Source: Geminicoccus sp.
GTDB taxonomy: Bacteria; Pseudomonadota; Alphaproteobacteria; Geminicoccales; Geminicoccaceae
Length of the DNA: 64,000 nt
NCBI RefSeq assembly: GCF_035556675.1
Contig: NZ_DATMFZ010000308.1
Coordinates: forward strand, 128 to 64,127
Direction: 5' to 3'
Positions 57,797 through 64,000 of this stretch are shown here, in pieces. The translations under genes and the position numbers were made by a program. Under the pieces are notes generated by a model, which saw nothing but the letters and a program-made list of their open reading frames with translations, did not search any database and was not told where the DNA came from. Position 1 is the first letter of the stretch. Each line of letters begins with the position of its first letter.

Positions 57797-58732
57797 ATGG
57801 CCAGCCATTATCTCGAGCGTCGTCACCACCATTTCGGCTGGGACAACAGCCGGTCGCCGGTGCTGACGGTCCGGCCCGGCGACACGGTGGAGTTCGAGAC
57901 GATCGATGCGTCCGGCGGCCAGCTGAACCCGGCCTCGACCGCGGCCGATGTCGGCAGGCTCGATTTCGGCGGAGTGAACCCGGCGACCGGCCCGGTCTAC
58001 GTGGAAGGAGCCGAGCCCGGTGACGCGCTGGTCGTGCATGTGCGCGAGATGAAGCCGTCCGGCTGGGGCTGGACCGCCAACATCCCGGGCTTCGGCCTGC
58101 TGGCGCACCGGTTCAAGGACCCGGCGATCGTCCACTGGCACTATGCGACCGACCTGAAGACCCCGGCGCCGTTCAAGGCCGGCGCCTCGGTGCCGCTCAA
58201 GCCCTTCATCGGCGTGATCGGCCAGGCCCTGGCGGAAGGCGGCTCGCACAGCGTGGTCCCGCCGCGCCGGGTCGGCGGCAACATGGACACCGCCGACATC
58301 TGCGTCGGCAGCACCGTCACCTTCCCGGTCGAGGTCGAAGGCTGCCTGTTCTCGCTGGGCGACACCCACGCCGCCCAGGGCGACGGCGAGGTCTGCGGCA
58401 CCGCGATCGAGAGCGCCATGAACGTCGTGGTCCAGCTGGAGCTGGTCAAAGGGCGGGCGCCGAAGTTCCCGGTGATCGACAACCCGACCCCGCGCGGCCG
58501 GCACATCGACGGCAAGGGCTACCTGGTCACCACCGGCATCGGCCCGGACCTGATGCAGAACGCGATCGACGCGCTCGACCAGATGGTCGACCTGATCGCC
58601 GAGCGCCTGAAGATCGAGCCGGTCGATGCCTACATGCTCTGCTCCGCCTGCGCCGATCTGAAGATCACCGAGATCGTCGACCAGCCCAACTGGATCGTCG
58701 GCTGCCACTTCCCGAAGATCGTGCTGCCATGA
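57797..58732 (+). CDS. acetamidase/formamidase family protein
   Basis: TVRPGDTVEFETIDASGGQ, GPVYVEGAEPGD and GNMDT...GDTHAAQGDGEVCGTAIE are FmdA_AmdA hallmarks. Confidence 0.9.
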   Translation: MASHYLERRHHHFGWDNSRSPVLTVRPGDTVEFETIDASGGQLNPASTAADVGRLDFGGVNPATGPVYVEGAEPGDALVVHVREMKPSGWGWTANIPGFGLLAHRFKDPAIVHWHYATDLKTPAPFKAGASVPLKPFIGVIGQALAEGGSHSVVPPRRVGGNMDTADICVGSTVTFPVEVEGCLFSLGDTHAAQGDGEVCGTAIESAMNVVVQLELVKGRAPKFPVIDNPTPRGRHIDGKGYLVTTGIGPDLMQNAIDALDQMVDLIAERLKIEPVDAYMLCSACADLKITEIVDQPNWIVGCHFPKIVLP

Positions 58733-58750
58733 GCGCTGAATTGAGTGGCA

Positions 58751-58790
58751 GATTGGAATTGTAATTACTCTAATCTTATCAATTGCCGGA
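58751..58790. promoter_or_regulatory. AT-rich imperfect dyad upstream of the TonB-dependent receptor (candidate iron-responsive operator/promoter)
   Basis: The dyad is gGAATTG-N18-CAATTgCC. The stretch 58741-58800 is 23/60 GC by my count. The match to the classical 19-bp Fur box is poor, so the regulator is unknown. Confidence 0.3.
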
Positions 58791-58892
58791 TTTCGGGATG
58801 CTGTTGTCCGGAATCATGTTGCGGAATGTTGACCTCGTGTAATCGTGATCGATACACGCCCACCCGGGAACAGAGCCGAGTGGGGGTCAAGA

Positions 58893-61151
58893 ATGAAGCG
58901 CAACGTCGAGGTCGACTGGCCGGTCATGCCGGCCGCGTTCGCCATGGCCGGCATGGCCGCCCTGGCGGCGGGGGGAACCCCTGGCGAGGCGCTGGCGCAG
59001 GAAAGCGGCACGGACGATACCGCCGGCGCCAGCGACGCGGTGGCGCTGCCGCCGGTGCTGGTGGAAGGCGAGCAGCCGGCCAACCCGCTGCGCGCCACCA
59101 CCGGCATCGGCCGCCTGCCCGGCACCATCCAGGACACGCCGCAGTCGGTGCAGGTGATCAACGAGGAGACGCTGCGCCAGCAGGGCGTGACCAGCCTCGA
59201 CCAGGCCCTGCGCAACGTGCCGAGCGTCACCGTGGCGGTGGGCGAGGGCAATGGCGGCCTGAACGGCGACCAGTTCCGCATCCGCGGCTTCGACGCCAAG
59301 GGCGACATCTACCTGGATGGCTTGCGCGACTTCGGCCTCTATGTCCGCGACAGCTTCAACTATGAATCGGTCGAGGTGTTCAAGGGCCCGTCTTCGGAGA
59401 CCTTCGGCTTCGGCTCGACCGGCGGCGTGATCAACTCGCAGACCAAGACCGCGCGCCTGGGCGACAGCTACTCGATCGACGGCTCGGTCGGCACCGGCCC
59501 GCTCTATCGCGTGGTCGGCGACGTCAACCAGCAGATCAACGACACCACCGCCGTGCGCGTGGTCGGCATGGTCCACGACCAGGACGTCGAGGACCGCGAC
59601 CACGTCCAGTCCGACCGCTGGGGCCTGGCCGGCTCGCTCGCGTTCGGCCTGGGCACCGACCTGAACTGGTCGCTCAACTACATGCACCAGCACGGCGACC
59701 GGACCCCGGACTATGGCGTGCCGTCGGTCACCCCGCCCGGCAGCGAGATCGCCCGGCCGGTCACCGAGTTCGGCGTGTCGCGCGACAGCTTCTACGGCAA
59801 GAAGCAGGACGAGGATAAGTCCGACATCGACATGCTGACCTCGCGTGCCTCCTGGCAGGTCGACGAGGGCATCACGCTCAACAACGACACGCGCCTCGCC
59901 TATTACACCCGCGAGTTCGCCGCGAGCGTGCCCGGCTGCAACGCCGACTGCTCCGCGGAATTCTTCGCCGGCGGCAACCCGACCATCACCTATGGCGGCG
60001 GCAATCCCGCCTACAACCAGAATTCCTGGGGCTTCCAGAACGTCACGTCCGGCGTGTTCGACTTCAAGGTCGCGGGCTTCCGCAACCAGGTCGTGGCCGG
60101 CCTCGACATCTTCTACCAGAACGACCATCGCGCCGGCCGCAGCACCGACGGCGACAAGACCCCGCCGACCATCCGCAACCCGGGCGACTTCTTCGGCAGC
60201 GACAGCTACACGCTGCCGGTCAACCCGAACAATATCCGCAAGAGCTACGGCACCGACATCGGCGTGTTCGTCAGCGACCGGCTCTGGCTCACCGACCAGT
60301 TCTCGGTCCTGGGCGGCGTGCGCTGGGACGATTACAGCTCGACCTACAAGGTCTGGAACAATGACGGCTACAACAAGTACGAGGCCGACAACAGCTTCTG
60401 GAGCCCCAAGGGCAGCCTGATCTGGGAGCCCACCGAGAACCAGACCTACTACTTCTCCTACGCGACCTCCTCGACCGTGCCCGGCCAGTTCGTGGCCCTG
60501 GCGCCGAACCCGATCAACGGCGCCCAGCCGAACCTGGAGCCCGAGGAGAACGAGAGCTTCGAGCTGGGCGGCAAGATCAGCGTGCTCGACCAGCGCCTGG
60601 GCATCAGCGCCGCGATCTTCCAGATCAACAAGGACAACGCGACCTACACCGACCCGGAAACCGGGCTGTCGACGGCCACGGGCGAGAAGCAGCGGGTGCG
60701 CGGCTTCGAGATCGGGATCGGCGGCTATCTCACCGATGCCTGGTCGGCCTCGGCGGCCTACACCTATCTCGACAGCGAGATCCGCAGCTCCACCGCGACC
60801 GATCCCGCCCTGTCGACGGTAGGCAACGAGGTCCCGAACGCGCCCAAGAACTCGTTCGCGCTCTGGACGACCTACAATGTCCTGTCCCATTTCGAGGAGG
60901 TGCCGGGCGCACTGCTCCTGGGCGGCGGCGTGACCTATCGTGACGAGATCTTCGGCAACAGCGCGAATACCGCCGAGCTGCCGGAGAACTTCTCGCTCGA
61001 TGCGGTGGTGTCCTACAGCTACGAGAACTATCGGATCGCGCTCAACGGTTACAACCTGACCGATGAGCTCAACTACGCCGCCAACCAGAACGCCCGCGCC
61101 ATCCCGACTTCGGGCCGGACCTTCCTGCTGACGGTGGGCGCCACCTTCTGA
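58893..61151 (+). CDS. TonB-dependent siderophore-type outer-membrane receptor
   Basis: I take the ATG at 58893. A signal peptide is followed by the plug region TPQSVQVINEETLRQQGVTSLDQALRNVPSV and RIRGFDAKGDIYLDGLRD. The C-terminal beta-barrel ends in F. Confidence 0.9.
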   Translation: MKRNVEVDWPVMPAAFAMAGMAALAAGGTPGEALAQESGTDDTAGASDAVALPPVLVEGEQPANPLRATTGIGRLPGTIQDTPQSVQVINEETLRQQGVTSLDQALRNVPSVTVAVGEGNGGLNGDQFRIRGFDAKGDIYLDGLRDFGLYVRDSFNYESVEVFKGPSSETFGFGSTGGVINSQTKTARLGDSYSIDGSVGTGPLYRVVGDVNQQINDTTAVRVVGMVHDQDVEDRDHVQSDRWGLAGSLAFGLGTDLNWSLNYMHQHGDRTPDYGVPSVTPPGSEIARPVTEFGVSRDSFYGKKQDEDKSDIDMLTSRASWQVDEGITLNNDTRLAYYTREFAASVPGCNADCSAEFFAGGNPTITYGGGNPAYNQNSWGFQNVTSGVFDFKVAGFRNQVVAGLDIFYQNDHRAGRSTDGDKTPPTIRNPGDFFGSDSYTLPVNPNNIRKSYGTDIGVFVSDRLWLTDQFSVLGGVRWDDYSSTYKVWNNDGYNKYEADNSFWSPKGSLIWEPTENQTYYFSYATSSTVPGQFVALAPNPINGAQPNLEPEENESFELGGKISVLDQRLGISAAIFQINKDNATYTDPETGLSTATGEKQRVRGFEIGIGGYLTDAWSASAAYTYLDSEIRSSTATDPALSTVGNEVPNAPKNSFALWTTYNVLSHFEEVPGALLLGGGVTYRDEIFGNSANTAELPENFSLDAVVSYSYENYRIALNGYNLTDELNYAANQNARAIPTSGRTFLLTVGATF

Positions 61152-61185
61152 TCGATCCGTCGCGACCTTCGACGTCGATCGTCTT

Positions 61186-61222
61186 GGAGCGGAAGTCCCA
61201 ACGGGGCCTTCCGCTCCTTTTT
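61186..61222 (+). terminator. rho-independent terminator
   Basis: ggagcggaag (61186-61195) pairs with cttccgctcc (61208-61217), with extra ccc/ggg pairing in the loop. TTTTT follows at 61218-61222. It lies 35 nt after the receptor stop. Confidence 0.8.
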
Positions 61223-61245
61223 CCATTCCACGGGAAAGCCCGATC

Positions 61246-61932
61246 ATGCTGGTTCAGATCAAGGACGTACTGACGCAGGACGAGGTCCGTCACGTCCGCA
61301 AGGTGCTGGAAGAGGCCGCCTGGATCGACGGCAAGGCGACCGCCGGCGAGCAGGCCGCCAAGAGCAAGTTCAACCTGCAGATCCCGGAAGGCTCGCCGGC
61401 CGCGCGGGAATGCGGCGAGCTCATCCTGCGGGCACTCGCCCGCAATCCGATCTTCAACTCGGCCGCCATGCCGCTGCGCGTGCTGCCGCCCATGTTCAAC
61501 CGCTACGACACCGGCATGAAGTTCGGCGCCCATGTGGACGGCGCCATCCGGGCCATCCCGGGAGCGGGCGGCATGCGGATGCGCGCCGACGTCTCCTCCA
61601 CCCTCTTCCTCACCCCGCCCGACGAGTATGACGGCGGCGAGCTGATCATCCACGACACCTACGGCAGCAAGGCGGTGAAGCTCGAGGCCGGCAGCATGGT
61701 GGTCTATCCCGCCACCAGCCTGCACAGCGTCACCGAAGTCACCCGCGGCAGCCGCTGGTCCTCGTTCTTCTGGACCCAGTCCATGCTCAAGAACGACGGC
61801 GAGCGCGCCCTGCTCTACGACCTGGACATGGCGATCATCGAGACCCGCCGCCGGCTGCCCGACGACAGCCCGGCCGTGCTGGGCCTCACCAACGTCTACC
61901 ACAACCTCCTGCGCCGCTGGGCCGAGCTGTGA
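61246..61932 (+). CDS. piuC: Fe(II)/2-oxoglutarate-dependent PKHD-type hydroxylase (PiuC/YbiX)
   Basis: MLVQIKDVLTQDEV..., the FGAHVDGAI...GGEL...H facial triad and the 228-aa length fit. Confidence 0.9.
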   Translation: MLVQIKDVLTQDEVRHVRKVLEEAAWIDGKATAGEQAAKSKFNLQIPEGSPAARECGELILRALARNPIFNSAAMPLRVLPPMFNRYDTGMKFGAHVDGAIRAIPGAGGMRMRADVSSTLFLTPPDEYDGGELIIHDTYGSKAVKLEAGSMVVYPATSLHSVTEVTRGSRWSSFFWTQSMLKNDGERALLYDLDMAIIETRRRLPDDSPAVLGLTNVYHNLLRRWAEL

Positions 61933-62651
61933 TCCGGGCGGACGAGATCCGCCAGATCCAGAGCGCTGCCCGGTTCGGCTCGACCCGCGCCCAGCTCCTG
62001 CTGGGCCAGATGTGCGTGGACGGCAACGGCGTCCCGCAGAGCCGCACGGAGGGCCGGCGCTGGTTCCAGAAGGCGGCGGATGCCGGCAGCGTCGAGGGCA
62101 TCAACATGCTGGGCCGCTGCCACGAACTCGGCTGGGGCGGGCCGGTCGATCTGGCGGCCGCCGCCGCCTGCTACCGGCAGGCGGCCGGGCGCGGCTTCGA
62201 CTGGGCGCAGTTCAACCTCGCGAGCCTGCTCCACGACGGCAAGGGCGTGAAGCAGGACCGCCGGGAAGCCTGCGCCTGGTTCGTGCGCGCCGCGCGCCAG
62301 GGCCATGCCAAGGCCGCCAACATGCTGGGCCATTATCGCGAGGAAGGCTGGCTGCACCCGCGCCGCCCCCAGGCGGCCCGGCGCTGGTACGAGCGCGCCG
62401 CCAGGGGCGGCGACTTTCGCGGCCAGTTCAATCTCGCCCGCTTCCTGTTCGCCGCCGGCAAGCGCGAGCCGGCCCTGGTCTGGCTGGACCGCGCCGTGGC
62501 GGGCGGCATCCCCGACTTCTGGCGGGAGATCGCCCCGGTGCTGGCCGGTCATCCCGACCCGGCGCTGCGGCGCTACGGGGCGCGGGCCTGGACCCTGGCC
62601 AGCAGCGGCTCGGCCGGCGCCGCGTCCCAGCCGCCGCCCAGTGCCCGATAG
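61929..62651 (+). CDS. Sel1-repeat (TPR-like) protein
   Basis: Sel1 units recur: LLLGQMCVDGNGVPQSRTEGRRWFQKAADAG, INMLGRCHELGWG and NMLGHYREEGW. The GTG start overlaps the piuC stop (GTGA). Confidence 0.8.
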   Translation: MIRADEIRQIQSAARFGSTRAQLLLGQMCVDGNGVPQSRTEGRRWFQKAADAGSVEGINMLGRCHELGWGGPVDLAAAAACYRQAAGRGFDWAQFNLASLLHDGKGVKQDRREACAWFVRAARQGHAKAANMLGHYREEGWLHPRRPQAARRWYERAARGGDFRGQFNLARFLFAAGKREPALVWLDRAVAGGIPDFWREIAPVLAGHPDPALRRYGARAWTLASSGSAGAASQPPPSAR

Positions 62652-63988
62652 AGGCTGACGCTCGCGGTGAAGCGGGCGAGATCGGCCTGGGTCAGCGTGT
62701 CGGCTGCCGAGATGCTGGCCTGCTGCGCCTGCAGCACCGACAGGAAGTCCGCGGCCCCGGTGCGCCAGCGCAGCTCGGCGATCCGGTAGGCCTCGCTGGC
62801 GGCCCGGTAGGCAGCCTGGCGCAGGGCGAAGCTCCGCCTGGCCGTCTCCACCAGCACCAGCGAATCGTCCACGTCCTGCAGCGCGTTCAGGATCGCCTGG
62901 GAATAGCTGGCGGCCAGCTCCTGGAAGCGCGCCACCGCCTGGTCCTCGTTGGCCTCGAGCCGGCCCGCGTCGAACACCGGGGTGATCGCGGCGCCCGCCA
63001 GCGACCAGACCGCCTGGTCCAGCCGCAGCAGGTCGCCCAGCTCGTCGCTCTGCAGCCCGCCCGAGGCGGTCAGCGCCACGATCGGAAAGCGCGCTGCGCG
63101 CGCCGCCTGCGCGTCGTAGCCGGCAGCCGCCAGCTCCGCCTCGGCCTGCACCAGGTCCGGCCGGCGCCGCAGCAGCTCGGACGGCAGGCCGGCGATCACC
63201 GGGGGCAGGGTCAGCGCGCTGAGCCCGGCCGTGGCCACGGCCAGCTCGCCCGGCGGCCGGCCCAGCAGGGTCGCCAGCGCATTGGCCTGGCGCTGGGCAT
63301 CGCCCTCGAACTCCGCCACCGCCGCTTCCTGGCTGCTCACCGCGGAGAGCTGCTGCTGCACCTCCAGGTCGGAGGCCTGGCCGGCTGCCGCCTGCACGCG
63401 CACGATGCCCAGCACGCGCCGGGACGCTTCCAGCGTGTCGCGGGCGAGCGCCAGCCGGTCGCGCAGCGCCAGCAGGGTGAAATAGGCATCCGCGGTATCC
63501 GCGGTCAGGATGAGCCCCAGCGCGTCCCGGTCGAAGCTGCTGCCGAGCAGCCGCAGCTGGCTGGCTTCCGCCAGGTCGCGCAGCCCACCGGCCAGGTCCA
63601 GCTCGTAGGACGCGGCGATCGACCCGCTATAGCTGGTGCGCGTCCGGTTCTGGCTGTTGCTGGAGCTGCGCCCACGGCTGACCCCGGCATCGGCGTCGAT
63701 GCTGGGGAACAAGGCGGCGCGGCTGATCCGGGTCTGGGCCTCGGCCTGCACCACCCGCTGGGCGGCCGCCTGCAGGTCGAGGTTGTCGCTGGCGACCTCG
63801 TGGATCAGGCCGTCCAGCTCGTCGCTGCCGAACGCCCGCCACCAGTCCGGCTCCGGCCAGCGCTGCTCGGCATCGGCGGGCAGGGCGGCGAACTGCCGGC
63901 CGGTCTCGGTGGGCGAGGTGACGAGCCGGTGGCTGACGTCGCAGGCTGTAAGCCCCGCCACCAGGACCGGAACGAGCAGAAGGCGCAT
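62573..63988 (-). CDS. RND/efflux outer-membrane factor lipoprotein, NodT family
   Basis: I take the ATG at 63988; the ORF track extends to a TTG at 64000. MRLLLVPVLVAGLTAC is a lipobox. There are two OEP repeats and a C-terminal LYRALGGGW. Confidence 0.9.
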   Translation of the reverse strand: MRLLLVPVLVAGLTACDVSHRLVTSPTETGRQFAALPADAEQRWPEPDWWRAFGSDELDGLIHEVASDNLDLQAAAQRVVQAEAQTRISRAALFPSIDADAGVSRGRSSSNSQNRTRTSYSGSIAASYELDLAGGLRDLAEASQLRLLGSSFDRDALGLILTADTADAYFTLLALRDRLALARDTLEASRRVLGIVRVQAAAGQASDLEVQQQLSAVSSQEAAVAEFEGDAQRQANALATLLGRPPGELAVATAGLSALTLPPVIAGLPSELLRRRPDLVQAEAELAAAGYDAQAARAARFPIVALTASGGLQSDELGDLLRLDQAVWSLAGAAITPVFDAGRLEANEDQAVARFQELAASYSQAILNALQDVDDSLVLVETARRSFALRQAAYRAASEAYRIAELRWRTGAADFLSVLQAQQASISAADTLTQADLARFTASVSLYRALGGGWDAAPAEPLLARVQARAP

Positions 63989-64000
63989 GGGGAGGATCAA

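Noticed and set aside
58751-58790. A classical Fur box upstream of the TonB-dependent receptor.
   Set aside because: The best manual alignment to GATAATGATAATCATTATC matches only about half the positions. I therefore report only an AT-rich dyad of unknown regulator.

Overview
All calls below come from reading the supplied translations and the DNA by eye. No BLAST, HMM, RNA-folding or GC-skew computation was possible, so family names are motif-level recognitions. The window is a 64 kb, densely coding, high-GC segment; coding stretches I hand-counted run about 70-78% GC. Its gene order looks like the origin-proximal part of an alphaproteobacterial chromosome. I support about 58 CDSs. I saw no rRNA, tRNA, CRISPR array or IS/transposase.

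Layout:
1. 1-6.1 kb: small metabolic and orphan genes. These are DUF599, GFA, urate oxidase, GYD, a tandem DUF427 protein and an LLM flavin monooxygenase. This stretch also holds a low-GC spacer and a decayed Arg/Gly/Tyr-rich ORF.
2. 6.2-22.2 kb: an ABC-transporter-dependent surface-glycan locus. It encodes EamA, GNAT, a HAD-IIB hydrolase, an SDR-GT2 fusion, a methyltransferase, an acetyltransferase, GT2, GT1/4, a KpsC/S-like protein, Wzm, a 1089-aa Wzt fusion, a NeuB-family synthase and an SDR.
3. 22.2-22.9 kb: a lower-GC vapBC/fitAB-type toxin-antitoxin pair. It has a perfect 20-bp palindromic operator and is start/stop-coupled into an aldehyde dehydrogenase gene.
4. 24.5-33.6 kb: housekeeping and signalling genes. 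These are PAS-GGDEF-EAL, an ABC1 kinase, PepF, an acyl-CoA ligase, an XRE regulator and a methyltransferase.
5. 33.6-52.3 kb: the conserved block parB-parA-rsmG-mnmG ... mnmE ... rho-hemJ-hemE, with two parS-like sites. A cNMP-gated cation/proton antiporter gene interrupts mnmG and mnmE.
6. 52.3-52.7 kb: a 426-bp hemE / ppsR-like (RP001-type) intergenic region. It has DnaA-box-like 9-mers and a 40% GC stretch, and is my candidate oriC.
7. 52.7-64 kb: ppsR-like, orphans, dinB, tolC, a formamidase, a TonB-receptor/piuC/Sel1 iron module and a NodT outer-membrane factor.

The most unusual item is the Wzt ABC ATPase. It is fused to a carbohydrate-binding-type domain, an internally duplicated ~450-aa helical spacer and a C-terminal SAM methyltransferase.
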